In this document: one piece after another, positions 47,552 through 59,042 of the stretch
Position numbering within the stretch: the first letter of the stretch is position 1
Layout of the letters: each line of letters opens with the position of its first letter
NCBI GenBank assembly: GCA_963712255.1
Contig: CAVQHL010000029.1
Span: forward strand, 5,366 to 69,365
Length of the DNA: 64,000 bases
Source: an uncultured Actinomycetes bacterium
GTDB lineage: Bacteria > Actinomycetota > Thermoleophilia > Gaiellales > Gaiellaceae
Direction of reading: 5' to 3'
Notes under the pieces: model-generated
The model's input: only the letters and a program-made list of their open reading frames with translations
The model's database searches: none
What the model was told of the DNA's origin: nothing
Program-made: the position numbers and the translations under genes

Positions 47552-47815
47552 CTAGACGAGCACGTAGGCGAGCAGGCCGCCGATCAGGCCGTAGAACACG
47601 ACGGCCTCGGTGAGCGCGAATCCGAGCCACTGGATGCCGGTCAGCTCTCCCTTGAGCTCGGGCTGGCGGGCGACCGCCTGGATCATCGACCCGAAGATGT
47701 TCCCGATGCCGATGCCGGCGCCGAGCGAGCCGAGGCCGATGCCGAGCGCGAGCGCGATCGCCTTGCCGGCGTCGGCTCCGTCTTCGGCTGCGGCGAGAAA
47801 GAACGAGGACAGCAT
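47552..47815 (-). CDS. atpE: ATP synthase Fo c subunit (H+-type)
   Basis: GxGxGxG helix, ARQPE loop, ALTEAVVFY. Confidence 0.96.
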   Translation of the reverse strand: MLSSFFLAAAEDGADAGKAIALALGIGLGSLGAGIGIGNIFGSMIQAVARQPELKGELTGIQWLGFALTEAVVFYGLIGGLLAYVLV

Positions 47816-47843
47816 GGTTGAGGCTCCTCCTTGGTGGGTTGGC

Positions 47844-48734
47844 TCAATGCTCCGGCTCGATCGCCGAGCCGATGTAGATGGCTGACAGGGCCGCGAAGAT
47901 GTAGGCCTGGATGGACACGACGATCACGACCTCGAAGAGGTAGAAGGCGGTCGCCGCGGGGACGGCGATCGCGGCGAGGAAGACGTTGCCGATCACGAAG
48001 ATCAGGCCGATGAACGTGAGGATCAGCATGTGGCCCGCGAGCATGTTCGCGTAGAGCCGCACCGAGAGGCTGATGAGCCGCATGAACTGGCCGAGGATCT
48101 CGAGCGGGATGATCAGCGGCAGCATCGCCTTCGGCACGTCGGGGATCCAGCTCTTGAAGTAGCCCACCACCCCGTTGTGACGAATGCCCTCGACGTGCGT
48201 GAAGACGAACGTCATCAGCGCGAGCGCGAGCGTCACGGAGATCGTCGAGGTCGCCGCGAAGATCGCGAGCGTCGGAAGCTCGACGCCGGCGATCTCGAAC
48301 GTCTCGTCGGACAGCGGCAGCGGGATGAAGCCGATGAAGTTGACGACCCAGATGAAGACCATCAGCGACGCGACGTACGGGAACCAGCGCCCGATCGCCT
48401 TCGTCGGGAGCCCCTGCTCGGCGACCTGGATCTGGGCGATCTCGTAGATCGTCTCGCCGAGCGCCTGCTTGCGGTCGGGCTCCTTGCCCGTCTTGACGCG
48501 CATGAAGACGATGCCGATCACGCAGCTGACCAGCGCGCCGAGCAGCAGGTAGGCGACCGCCTTGTTGATCGACATGTCGAGCGGGCCGATGTGGATCGGG
48601 ATCCACTCCTCGAGCTCCCACTCGTGGGAGGGGTCGAACTCCTCTTCCTCGCCGCCGCTGCTCTCCGCGGCGAGCGCGAGGGACGGCAGCGCGAGGTAGG
48701 CCATGCCGAGGAGGAGCAGGAGACGCTTCTTCAC
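47844..48734 (-). CDS. atpB: ATP synthase Fo a subunit
   Basis: LEILGQFMRLISLSVRLYANMLAGH, IQAYIFAALS. Confidence 0.96.
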   Translation of the reverse strand: MKKRLLLLLGMAYLALPSLALAAESSGGEEEEFDPSHEWELEEWIPIHIGPLDMSINKAVAYLLLGALVSCVIGIVFMRVKTGKEPDRKQALGETIYEIAQIQVAEQGLPTKAIGRWFPYVASLMVFIWVVNFIGFIPLPLSDETFEIAGVELPTLAIFAATSTISVTLALALMTFVFTHVEGIRHNGVVGYFKSWIPDVPKAMLPLIIPLEILGQFMRLISLSVRLYANMLAGHMLILTFIGLIFVIGNVFLAAIAVPAATAFYLFEVVIVVSIQAYIFAALSAIYIGSAIEPEH

Positions 48735-49126
48735 GAGTGCGCCCCCTCCGCGAAGTACGTCACGAGCGACACGGCGAACTCGAGTGTGAAGGCGAGCGCG
48801 TACAGGATCGCGGCGGCGACGCCGACCCGATGGTCCGCGACCGTGACCGCGACGAGCGGTATCCCGACCGCCATCGCCCGGAAGCTCGTGCCGATGCCCC
48901 GCATGCCTGCGGCGGCGAGGTTACCCGTGCCCAACGGGAGACGCGTCAGTACCCAGGCGAACGCCTGACCGGCCACCCAGAGCGTCGCGGCCAGCACCCA
49001 CCCGTCGAGCGGCCATCCCGCGACGGCGAACACCGGCAGCGCGAGGACGATCAGCGCCGAGCCGGCGAGCGCGGGAACGAGCCGACCCGGGACCGGCCGC
49101 GGCGTGGCGAACATCCCCGTGCTCAT
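48731..49126 (-). CDS. 4-TM protein, AtpI-like
   Basis: Hydrophobic ~131 aa directly upstream of atpB, with overlapping stop/start. Confidence 0.7.
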   Translation of the reverse strand: MSTGMFATPRPVPGRLVPALAGSALIVLALPVFAVAGWPLDGWVLAATLWVAGQAFAWVLTRLPLGTGNLAAAGMRGIGTSFRAMAVGIPLVAVTVADHRVGVAAAILYALAFTLEFAVSLVTYFAEGAHS

Positions 49127-49329
49127 GCGCCTTGCTGGGAGTAGACCTTGTAGACCACGAAGATCGAGAGCGGGATGCCGACGATCGCGCCGATCAGGAG
49201 GCCGATCCCCGCCGATCCGAGGAGCCAGCCGATGAGGGCGCCGACGCCGATCGACGCGGCGGTGGTTCCGAGCAGCAGGCCCGAGGCGGTCGCGAGCGAG
49301 TGAGGCGACGAGGGAGCTGCGGCGGCCAT
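49123..49329 (-). CDS. 2-TM AtpZ/AtpI (gene 1)-family protein
   Basis: GVGALIGWLLG...GAIVGIP; first gene of the atp operon; TGG-TATGCT + 8 nt + ATG. Confidence 0.75.
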   Translation of the reverse strand: MAAAAPSSPHSLATASGLLLGTTAASIGVGALIGWLLGSAGIGLLIGAIVGIPLSIFVVYKVYSQQGA

Positions 49330-49403
49330 CCGGCCGGAGCATACCACCGAGCTTGTGACAGCCAGATTCCAGACACAGAGCGGAAATCGGCTAGGTTCGT
49401 CAC

Positions 49404-50162
49404 ATGCCGCGCCCGCGTCTGGTGCTCGTCCACGGCAGCCTCGTCGGCGGGCGCGCGACCTGGCGCGAGCAGCGCCGAGGGATCGGCGACGCCGCCGAGC
49501 TCGTCGTGCTCGAGCGGCCCGGCTTCGACGAGGCGGCGACCGCCGACGGGGATCGAGAGGCGCCTGCGCCGGCACCCCGCGTCGACTTCGACGATCACGC
49601 CGTCTGGGTCGCCGACCGCCTGGCCGCGGGCGACCACCTCGTCGGCCACTCGTACGGCGGCGTCGTGGCGCTGCTGGCGGCCGCGCGGGCGACCGACCTC
49701 GCCTCGCTCACCGTCGTCGAGCCGCCCGCGACCCGTGTCGCCCTGGACGTTCCCGAGGTCGCCGCCTTCGCGCGGGGCGGCGAGGAGCTCTGGGCGAACG
49801 GCCCGCGCGACGACCCCGAGGCGTTCATGCGCGCCTTCCTCACCTCGGTCGGGTCGGACTTCGACCCGCCCGTCCCGCTGCCACCGCAGCTCCTGCAGGG
49901 AGCACGAGTCCTCGTCGGCGAGCGCGGGCCCTGGGAAGCGGACATCCCGCTCGAGGCGCTGGCCGCGCGGCGCCTGCCGACGCTCGTCGTCTCCGGCGGA
50001 CACCATCCCGCGTTCGAGGCGATCTGCGATCGCCTCGAGCTGAGGCTCGACGCCGAGCGCGTCGTCCTGCCCGGCTTCGGACACAACGCCCAGCTCCACC
50101 CGGAGTTCAACCGCGTGCTGCTCGACTTCGTCGGGCGCTCGTCGGACGAGCGCCCGGGCTGA
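49404..50162 (+). CDS. Alpha/beta hydrolase
   Basis: LVHGS, GHSYGG nucleophile elbow, GHNAQ. Confidence 0.9.
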   Translation: MPRPRLVLVHGSLVGGRATWREQRRGIGDAAELVVLERPGFDEAATADGDREAPAPAPRVDFDDHAVWVADRLAAGDHLVGHSYGGVVALLAAARATDLASLTVVEPPATRVALDVPEVAAFARGGEELWANGPRDDPEAFMRAFLTSVGSDFDPPVPLPPQLLQGARVLVGERGPWEADIPLEALAARRLPTLVVSGGHHPAFEAICDRLELRLDAERVVLPGFGHNAQLHPEFNRVLLDFVGRSSDERPG

Positions 50163-50181
50163 AGCGTGGGACCCGCTCTCG

Positions 50182-50957
50182 TCAGGAGATCAGCTTGACG
50201 AGCAGGACGCCGACGAGGACGACCACGACGATCAGCACGAGGAGCATCACGAGCGGGATGAAGCCGAGGAGCGCCAGCTTCGTCGTGCCTCGGACGTCGA
50301 CCTCGGGGCTCCTCGCCGGCAAGAGCTCGATCGATCTGCCGCTCGACCTGGGCGTGGATCTTCCGCGAGAGCCGCTCGCCGAAGTCCATCGGCTCCTCCT
50401 TCTCGGTGCGGAGCGGCGGGAACGACGCCGGCAGCCCGTCGATCTCGAGCTGCACGACGCGCTCCGGCTCGTCGATGTCCTTGAGGCGGACCGCGCCGAG
50501 CTCGACCTGACGCACGCCCTCGGGCAGCGCCCCCGACACGAGCGCGGCGGTCGTCGCGGACAGCAGGACCTGCCCGCCGTGCCCGGCGGAGCAGATCCGC
50601 GCCGCGCGATGGACGTCGATTCCGACGTAGCCCTCCTCCCCGACGACGGGCTCGCCGGTGTGGACGCTCATGCGGACGCGGAGCTCGGTCCCGTCCGGCC
50701 AGTCATGGCTCGCGAGCGCCTGCTGGGCCGCGACGGCGGCCGCGACCGCGTCCTTCGCGCGGCCGAAGCAGTAGAAGAACGCGTCGCCCTGCGTGTCGAC
50801 CTCCTCGCCCCCACGCGCGCGGAACGCCTCGCGGACGATGCGGCGGTGATCCGCGAGCGCGTCGGCGTACCGGTCGCCGAGCTGCTTGAGCAGCTCGGTC
50901 GAGCCGGCGATGTCGCGTGAAGACGAACGTGACCGTGCCGCCCTGCAGCGTGCTCAC
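50182..50957 (-). CDS. Class III nucleotide cyclase with C-terminal TM (indels)
   Basis: GTVTFVF.DIAGST, DTQGDAFF, RMSVHTGE, DVHRAARICSAGHGGQVLLS. Confidence 0.85.
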
Positions 50958-52079
50958 GCGCTGAGCCGCTCCGTGTCCTCCGACTCCGCCCGCCGCCGCC
51001 GGACGCGCGGGTTCGCGAGCTTGACGATCTCGAGCAGGTACACGATGTAGACCGAGGATGCGAGCGCGCCGAGCGCGATCGCGATCACGGCGATCGTCTC
51101 CCCGAGGTGCCACTCGTCCTCCCTCGCGGAACGGGATGAAGCGCGTCGCGAGCGCGGCGGCACCGAGGCAGGCGGTCCACGCCCACATCGTCACCGCCGC
51201 ACGCCGCTGCGAGAACCCGATGTTCATGAACCGGTGATGGAGGTGCGACCGGTCCGGCGACGAGATCGGCTGGCGGTACTTGACGCGCTTCGCGACGACG
51301 AACGACGTGTCGATGATCGGCACCGCGAGCACGAGCAGCGGCAGGAACAGGACGACCGTGGACGCCGTCTTCAGGAGGCCCGAGATCGACACCGTGGCCA
51401 GCGTGAAGCCGAGCACGAGCGCGCCCGAGTCGCCCATGAAGATCCGGGCCGGGAAGAAGTTGTGCCGCAGGAAGCCGATGCAGGCGCCGGCGACGACGGC
51501 GGAGAGGAGCGCGGCGTCGACCTTCCCGAGCGACAGCGCGAGGATCGCGAACGTCAGGCCCGCGATCGCGCAGACCCCGGCCGCAAGGCCGTCCATGCCG
51601 TCGAGGAAGTTGACCATGTTCATCACGGCGACGATCCAGACGACCGTCAGCGGCATCCCGACCCACGGCGAGAGGTCGACGACCCCGATGAAGGGGAACG
51701 TGAAGTGGTCGATCCACACGCCGAACGCGAGCGGGATCGACGCCGCCGCGATCTGGCCGGCGAGCTTCGGGAGCGGATCGAGGCCGCGGAAGTCGTCGAC
51801 CGCGCCGACGACGCACGCGACCGCGGCGCCGAGCACGATCCCGCGCATCTCCCCGTCGAGCGACAGGAATGCGAGGGACGGGACCAGGATGCCGAGGAAG
51901 ATCGCGAGCCCGCCGAGCCGCGGGATCGGACGCTTGTTCAGCCGCCGCTCCCCGGGGCGGTCGACGACGCCGAGCAGCCGCGCCATGCCACCGACCGCAG
52001 GCGTCAGCAGCACGACGATCGCGAAGGCGATCAGCGCGCCCCACACGACCTCCGGGTTGGCGCGCAGGTCGCTCCACAT
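50954..52079 (-). CDS. WecA/TagO/MraY-family polyprenyl-phosphate GlcNAc-1-P transferase (frameshift near 51120)
   Basis: PRLGGLA, GAVDD, NMVNFLDGMDGL, IFMGDSG, DRSHLHHR. Confidence 0.92.
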
Positions 52080-52084
52080 GGCCG

Positions 52085-52737
52085 CTACTTCGTTCCGTAC
52101 AGGCGGTCGCCTGCGTCGCCGAGGCCCGGCACGATGTACCCCTTCTCGTTGAGCTCGCCGGTCGATCGACGCGACCACGATCGACACGTCCGGGTGATCG
52201 CGGTGGATCCGCTCGATGCCCTCGGGCGCCGCGATCAGCGCGATGAGCCGCACCGACGTCGCGCCGGCGCGCTTGACCGTCTCCACGGCGGCGGCGGTCG
52301 AGTTGCCCGTCGCGAGCATCGGGTCGAGCAGGATCACGTCGCGGTCGGTGAGGTCGTCCGGCAGCTTCACGTAGTACTCGACCGGCTGGAGCGTCTCCTC
52401 GTTGCGGTAGAGGCCGATGAAGCCCACGCGGGCGCCCGGGACGAGGGAGAGGACGGCGTCGAGCATTCCGACGCCCGCCCGCAGGATCGGGCAGACGGCG
52501 ACCTTCTTGCCCGAGATGCGCCGTGCGGCCGTCCGCTCGAGCGGCGTCTCGATCTCGACCTCCTCGTCCGCGAGGCCCTTCGTCGCCTCGTACGTGAGGA
52601 GCAGCGTCAGCTCGTTGACGAGCTGACGGAACATCTGCGTCGTCGTCGTCACGTCCCGCAGCAGCCCGAGCTTGTGCTGCACGAGCGGATGCGTGACCTC
52701 GGTGACCGTGCCGCCCGCGACGCTCGGTCCCGGTCAC
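52085..52737 (-). CDS. upp: Uracil phosphoribosyltransferase (indels)
   Basis: [42 protein letters not shown]. Confidence 0.95.
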
Positions 52738-54037
52738 GACGCTCCCTCGCTCACGTACGTCGTGTACCCCTGGAAGCCCGGGTACAACGGCCGGCGGGCG
52801 CAGAGCGCCTCCGAGCGCGCGCGGAGCGCGTCGACGTCCGCGTCGGCGCCGAGCGCCTCGGCGACGATCCGCCCGACCTCGCGGAAGTCCTCCTCGTCGA
52901 AGCCGCGGATGGTCGCGGCCTGCGAGCCGAGCCGGACCCCGGAGGCGACGGTCGGCGGGCGCTCGTCGAACGGGACGGTGTTCCGGTTCGTGGTCAGCCC
53001 GACGGCATGGAGCCGTTCCTCGGCGTCCTTCCCCGACCACTCGGTCGCGCGGAGGTCGAGCTGCAGGAGATGCGTGTCGGTGCCGCCGGTCAGGAGGTCG
53101 ATCCCGCCGGCGAGCAGCGTCTCCGCGAGCGCGTCGGCGTTCGCGCGAACCTGACGCTGGTAGGCGCGGAACTCCTCCGACGCGGCGATCTTGAAGCACG
53201 TCGCCTTCGCCGCGATCACGTGCTCGAGCGGGCCGCCCTGCAGCCCCGGGAAGATGGCGCGGTCGATCGCCTTGGCGTGCTCCTCCCGGCAGAGGATCAG
53301 GCCCGAGCGCGGCCCGGCGAGCGTCTTGTGGGTCGTCGAGGTGACGACGTCGCAGTGCTCGACCGGGTTCGGGTGGAGCCCGGCGGCGACGAGCCCGGCG
53401 AAGTGCGCCATGTCGCACCAGAGGAGCGCGCCGACCTCGTCGGCGACGCGACGGAACATGGCCGTGTCGACCGTGCGGGGATACGCCGACCCGCCGCAGA
53501 GCACGAGCTTCGGCCGGTGCTCGACCGCGAGGGCGCGCACCTCCTCCTCGTCCACGACACCCGTCTCGCGGGAGACCCCGTAGTGGACGATCGTGTACAG
53601 CCGCCCGGAGAAGTTGACCTTCAGCCCGTGCGTCAGGTGGCCGCCGTGGTCGAGGCGGAGCGAGAGCACGGTGTCGCCGGGCTCGAGGAGGCCGAGGTAG
53701 ACGGCCATGTTGGCCTGCGCGCCCGCATGCGGCTGGACGTTCGCGTGGTCGGCGCCGAACAGGGCCTTCGCACGGTCGATCGCGAGCTGCTCGATCTCGT
53801 CGACGATCTCGCAGCCGCCGTAGTAGCGGCGGCCGGGGTAGCCCTCCGCGTACTTGTTCGTCGGCACCGAGCCGACGGCCTCGAGGATCGCCGGCCAGGT
53901 GAAGTTCTCGGAGGCGATCAGCTCGATCTGGTCCGCTGGCGGTCGAGCTCGCGCCCGAGGAGCGCCGCGACGTCGGGGTCGTGCTCGGCGAGCCCGCCGG
54001 TCCGCAGGCGCTCGAACTGCTCGGCCGCCACTGCCAC
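52734..54037 (-). CDS. glyA: Serine hydroxymethyltransferase (frameshift near 53935)
   Basis: [38 protein letters not shown]. Confidence 0.97.
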
Positions 54038-54080
54038 GGAGGGGAATGCTAGTCGCGCCGGGCACCCCGGCATGGCCGCC

Positions 54081-55942
54081 TCAGACTTTCGAGACCGACA
54101 GGCCGACGTCGCGCCGTCGATCGAGCCGCCCGCGGTCCCGCCCGGGGCCGCCGAGGACGACGTCCGCGGCGCCGTCGCGAGCCGCGACGTAATCGTTGCC
54201 GGCGCCGCAGAGCACGCGGTCGCGGCCGCTGCCGGGCCGGAGGTAGTCGTTGCCGGGGCCGCCCACGAGGATGTCGTCCTTCCCGAGCCCGATCAGCATG
54301 TCGGCGCCGCCGAGGCCGCAGATGACGTCTCGCCGCCCGGTCCCGACGAGCCGGTCCGGCCCGTTCGTCCCGACGATCGTGCACCGGAGGAGCCGTCCAC
54401 GGTCGTCGCGCTGACGGGCGGCGGTGCCGAACGTCGACGTCGCCCCGGTCGCCGTGCCGGCTGCGCTCGCGGCGACGACGCGGAAGCCGTACCGGCGGCC
54501 GGGCGCGAGCCCGGTGAGCCGGAACGAGACGGACGTCGTCGAGCTCGAGGCGGGAAGCCGGACGGCGGCCGTGCGCGCCGTCAGCACGCCGCCGCGGCCG
54601 AACTCGACCCAGACCTGGGTCTCGAGCCCACCGGAGGCGACGTCCGCGCGGATCATCGCCCGCGCGAGAGAGATTCCGGACGCGCTCGTACGCCCGACGG
54701 TCGGGAGGCCCGCGCGTCCGGAAGGCGACGTCTGCGCCGTACGTCGTCCCGCCCGAGCTCTGGGCGACGAGGCGCACGTGGTACTCGGTGCCGGGTGTGA
54801 GGCCGGCCACCGTCTCGGAGACGGCGACAGCGCCGCGGCCCGAGCCCACCGGCTTGGCGACCGTTCGCGTGCCGTAGGCGGTCGTCGGCCCGAGCTCGAA
54901 CCAGGCGGTCGTCGCGCGACCGACGGGGTCGACCGTTCCCGTGAGGGTGACGGAGAGCCCGGAGAGGGTCGCGGCGCCGGTCGTCGCGAGCGGCCCTGCG
55001 CTCGTCCGGAAGCTCCGGATCTGCCCGTACGTCGTGCCGGCGTCGCTTCGCGCGACGATGCGGTAGTGGTAGGCCGTTGCCGGCTGGAGGCCGCCGATCG
55101 TCGACCGCTGGGTCGAGGCGCCGCGCGCGAAGCCGGCGTTGATGTCGCCCGTTCGGTTGCCGAGCCGCGTCGTCGTGCCGTACTCGAACCACGCGACCGT
55201 GCCGCGGCCCCGCGGGTCGACGCGGCCGCTGACGCGCGCCGACGTCGGCGTGATGGAGTCCGCTCCAGCGGTCGAGACGGTGGGAGCGCTGTCCGTGCGG
55301 AAGCTCGACGTCGCCGCCCGCCGTCGTCCCGATGTCGTTCGCGGCCACGAGGCGGAAGTGGTAGGTCACGCCCGCGGTCAGGCCGCCGACCCGGACGGCG
55401 ACGCCGACCGGCGACACGCCTGCGCCGGCCGAGCGCGTCTCGGTGCGGTTTCCATAGCGGCTCGTCGTCCCGTACTCGACCCACCAACCCGTCGAGCGTC
55501 CGTTCGGATCGACCGTGCCTCCGAGGTTCGCCGCGCCGGGGCCGATGAGGGCAGCGGCGCCGGTCCGCACCTCGGGCGCTCCGCGCGTGGTGAACGTCAT
55601 GCCTGCGCCACGGCTCGTGCCGTCGTCGTTGCTGGCGACGACGCGGTAGTAGTAGGTGACGCCGGTCGAGAGCCCGGTCAGCTGATGCGTGACGTCGACG
55701 GCCGAGGTCCCGTTCCCCGCGCTGCGGGCGTCGCTGCGCGAGCCGTAGGCGCTGGTCGTCCCGTACTCGATGCTCCAGGTCGTGCCCTTGCCACCGGGAT
55801 CGACGGTGCCGCTGACGATCGCGCTCCGCGCGCCGATCGAGGTGGCGGGTCCCGTCGTGGCCGCCGGCGCGCCCGCGCTGGCCGGAACGGCGGCCACGAG
55901 CGCGGCGAGTGCGGCGGCGACGACGGGGAGTCGACGGCTCAT
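54081..55942 (-). CDS. Secreted protein with ~5 fibronectin-III-like repeats and C-terminal RTX-type Ca-binding repeats (indels)
   Basis: Signal peptide; repeated GTVDP.G..T.W..EYGTT..YG...TY.YRVVA; tail GLGGAD/GGPGND/GAGND. Confidence 0.82.
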
Positions 55943-55991
55943 TGCACGCTCGAGTCTCCGCCTGTGGCGTTAGGCCCTCATGGGGAGCGCG

Positions 55992-56593
55992 TTAGAAGTC
56001 GGTAAGGCGTGCGAGGACCTCGCGGGCGGGCACGGCGCCCTCGCGGAGAACGCCGGGCTCGCCGGCCGTCAGGTCGACGACGGTCGAGGGCGTCCCGGGC
56101 AGCTCGCCGCCGTCAACGACCGCGGCGACGCTGTCGCGGATCGCCGGCGGGCACGTCCTCGACCCGCCGCGGATCGGGTCGCCCGGGCAGGTTGGCGCTC
56201 GTCGCGACGAGCACCCCGAGCGCGGTGAGGACGTCGCCGCCGGCGCCTGGGATGGCCGGGACGCGGGCGCCGACCGCATCGGGGCGGCGCTCGTTGAGCC
56301 ATCCGAATCGTCGCCCCGGGTTGGGAAGGACGAGCGTCAGGGGGCCCGGGAGCAGCGCCCGCGCCATCGCCCGGGCGCGTGCGGGAAGCTCGGGCAGATG
56401 CTCCTCGAGCACGTCGACCGATCGCGAAGAGGAGCGCGGTCGGCTGGATCGCGTCCCGTCCCTTCGCGGCGTAGAGCGCCCGTGCGGCCTCCTCGCTGCG
56501 GCCGTCGGCCGCGAGCCCGTAGACCGTGTCCGTCGGGATCACGGCGAGGCCGCCCGCGCGGAGCGCCGCGATCGCGGCGTCCACGGCGCTCAC
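55992..56593 (-). CDS. tsaC: L-threonylcarbamoyladenylate synthase (Sua5/YrdC), indels
   Basis: PTDTVYGL, KGR, PGPLTLVL, TSANL, PSTVVDL. Confidence 0.93.
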
Positions 56594-57444
56594 CGGCGGC
56601 CCTCGACGACCCGGTCGCGCCCTGCGAGATCGGGTGTCGCCCGGACGTCCGTGTACCCGTGCGAGCGGAGGAGCGCTGCGGTCTCGTCCGCCTGGCCGTC
56701 ACCCACCTCGAGCACGAGCGCGCCGCCCTCGGCGAGTGCCGCGGCGGCGCCCCGCGCCACGGCGGCGGCGACCTCGCGCCCGAACAGCGCCTCGGCGGGC
56801 TCCCAGTCGCGCACCTCGGGCTGGAGCGAGCTCCGGTCGTCGGGATCGACGTACGGCGGGTTCGAGACCACGAGCGCCCACGGGCCGTCGGGGAGGCCCT
56901 CGAACAGGTCGTGACGGGCCAGCTCGAGCGGGAGCCCGGTGCGGGTGGCGTTCTCGCGCGCGAGCGCGAGCGCCTCCGGCGACACGTCGATGCCGGTGAC
57001 GGCCGCCCCCGGATGCTCGTCGGCGATCGCGAGCGCGATGGCACCCGAGCCCGTGCCGACGTCGAGGACGCGAGGCGCTTCGAGCCCTTCGAGCAGCGCG
57101 AGGCAGCGCTCGACGACGACCTCGGTCTCGGGACGGGGGATGAGCGCGCGGCGGTCGACGGTCAGCGTGAGCCGGCGGAAGCCCCACTCGCCGAGGACGT
57201 ACTGGAGCGGCTCACGGGCGGCCCGCCGACCGACGAGCGCACGGGTCGCGTCGAGCTCGGACGGATCGAGAGGGCGGTCGAGCTGCATGTAGAGATCGAT
57301 CCGCGCGACGCCGAGGGCGTGCGCGAGGAGCAGCTCGGCGTCGAGCCGCGGCGTGTCCGATCCCTTCGCGGCGAGGTGCTCCGTCGAGCGCCGCAGGACG
57401 TCGCCGAGGGTGCCCGGCGCGAGCCAGGCGCCCTCGAGGGTCAC
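56590..57444 (-). CDS. prmC: Release factor glutamine methyltransferase
   Basis: [30 protein letters not shown]. Confidence 0.96.
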   Translation of the reverse strand: MTLEGAWLAPGTLGDVLRRSTEHLAAKGSDTPRLDAELLLAHALGVARIDLYMQLDRPLDPSELDATRALVGRRAAREPLQYVLGEWGFRRLTLTVDRRALIPRPETEVVVERCLALLEGLEAPRVLDVGTGSGAIALAIADEHPGAAVTGIDVSPEALALARENATRTGLPLELARHDLFEGLPDGPWALVVSNPPYVDPDDRSSLQPEVRDWEPAEALFGREVAAAVARGAAAALAEGGALVLEVGDGQADETAALLRSHGYTDVRATPDLAGRDRVVEGRR

Positions 57445-58487
57445 ACCGCGGCCTCGAGGGCGCGGCGGCGGTCCTCGGCCTGGAGCGTGTCGGTGAACTC
57501 CTGGAGGTCGCCGTCGAGGATCTGGTCGAGGCGGTGGACCGTGTGCTTGACGCGGTGGTCGGTGAGCCGGTTCTCGGGGAAGTTGTACGTGCGGATCTTC
57601 TCCGCGCGCTCGCCCGTCCCGACCTGCGAGCGCCGGGACGCCGCCTGCTCGGCCTGCTGGCGCTCACGCTCGGCCTCGAACAGGCGCGCGCGAAGCACGC
57701 GCATCGCCTTCTGCTTGTTCTGGAGCTGCGACTTCTCGTCCTGCATCGAGACGACGATGCCGCTCGGGAGGTGCGTGATCCGCACGGCGGAGTCGGTCGT
57801 GTTGACGGACTGGCCGCCCGGCCCCGTCGAGCGGTACACGTCGATCTTCAGGTCCTTCTCCTCGATCGTGACCTCGACCTCCTCGGCCTCGGGCATCACG
57901 GCGACGGTCGCCGTCGACGTGTGGATCCGGCCCTGCGACTCGGTCGCGGGCACGCGCTGGACGCGATGCGTCCCGCCCTCCCACTTGAAGACGGAGAACG
58001 CGCCGTCGCCCTTCACGGCGAAGACGGTCTCCTTGACGCCGCCGCCGTCGTTCTCGTTCGCGGAGAGGAGCTCGGTGCGGTAGCCGCGCCGCTCGGCGTA
58101 GCGCTGCAGCATCCGCGAGACGTCCGCCGCCCAGAGGGCGGCCTCGTCGCCGCCCACGCCCTGCCGGACCTCGACGATGACGTCCTTCTCGTCGGCCGGG
58201 TCCCGCTCGACGAGCGCGAGCTTGAGCTCGTCCTCGAGGCGCGTCACCTCCGCCTCGAGCTCGCCCGCCATGGACGCCAGCTCGGGGTCGTCCTTTGCGT
58301 CCGCGAGGTCGGCCGACGCCAGCCTCCACGCGCGAGCGGCGCGGACGGCGGACTCGAGCTCCTTCAGGCGCCGCCCGACGTCAGCCGCCTCGCGATGGTC
58401 GTTGTAGACGTCCGGGTCCGCGAGGCGCTCCTGGAGCTCCACGAAGGACCGCTCCAGCTCGTCCACCAGCGTGTCGAGGCCTGCCAT
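57441..58487 (-). CDS. prfA: Peptide chain release factor 1
   Basis: RVPAT (PxT), [22 protein letters not shown]; TACAAT + 8 nt + ATG. Confidence 0.97.
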   Translation of the reverse strand: MAGLDTLVDELERSFVELQERLADPDVYNDHREAADVGRRLKELESAVRAARAWRLASADLADAKDDPELASMAGELEAEVTRLEDELKLALVERDPADEKDVIVEVRQGVGGDEAALWAADVSRMLQRYAERRGYRTELLSANENDGGGVKETVFAVKGDGAFSVFKWEGGTHRVQRVPATESQGRIHTSTATVAVMPEAEEVEVTIEEKDLKIDVYRSTGPGGQSVNTTDSAVRITHLPSGIVVSMQDEKSQLQNKQKAMRVLRARLFEAERERQQAEQAASRRSQVGTGERAEKIRTYNFPENRLTDHRVKHTVHRLDQILDGDLQEFTDTLQAEDRRRALEAAV

Positions 58488-58566
58488 GGCGAGGGATTGT
58501 AGGTCGGCGACGCGGCGAGACCCCGGGACCACGCCACGGGATTGCGGGCCGGTAGCTCGCCTCTGC

Positions 58567-58598
58567 TCGCGGGAGTCCGCTCCGGCGGATTCCCGCGA
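58567..58598. repeat. Hairpin matching module B of the intergenic repeat
   Basis: GCGGGAGTCCGC-TCCG-GCGGATTCCCGC, similar to 6898 and 24807; just 3' of the OsmC stop. Confidence 0.6.
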
Positions 58599-58604
58599 CC
58601 CGCC

Positions 58605-59042
58605 TCAGGCGACGGCCAGGGTCGCGTCGAGCGTGACCTCGGGGACGCCCGTCAGCGCCTTCGAGACCGGGCAGTTCGCCTTCGCGCCCTCGGCCTGCGC
58701 GACGAAGCCGTCGTGGTCGACGCCCGACACCGTGCCGACGACCTCGATCGCGGCCTTCACGATCCCCTCGCCCGGCTGGAACGTGACGGTCACCGCGGTC
58801 TCGAGCCGCTCCGGCGGCGTTCCCGCGCCGGCGAGGGCGTGCGAGAGGGCCATCGAGAAGCACGACGCCCAGGCGGCGGCGATCAGCTCCTCCGGGCTCG
58901 TGCGGCCGTCCGGCGTCTCGGCCCGCGACGCCCAGGTGACGTCGAGCGGCCCGAACGCGCCGCTGCCGACGCCCTCGATCGTGCCGGCTCCGTCCATCAA
59001 CGAGCCGGTCCAGGTCACCTTCGCCATCCGGTCGGTCGCCAT
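58605..59042 (-). CDS. osmC: OsmC-family peroxiredoxin
   Basis: TSPEELIAAAWASCFSMAL, AKANCPVSKAL. Confidence 0.92.
   Translation of the reverse strand: MATDRMAKVTWTGSLMDGAGTIEGVGSGAFGPLDVTWASRAETPDGRTSPEELIAAAWASCFSMALSHALAGAGTPPERLETAVTVTFQPGEGIVKAAIEVVGTVSGVDHDGFVAQAEGAKANCPVSKALTGVPEVTLDATLAVA

Noticed and set aside
47552-47815. Na+-coupled ATP synthase
   Set aside because: The c subunit reads TEAV and lacks the Q...E(S/T) sodium-binding signature
49350-49380. TTGTGACA upstream of the atp operon as a Rex or CRP site
   Set aside because: Only a half-site; the second half of the palindrome is missing
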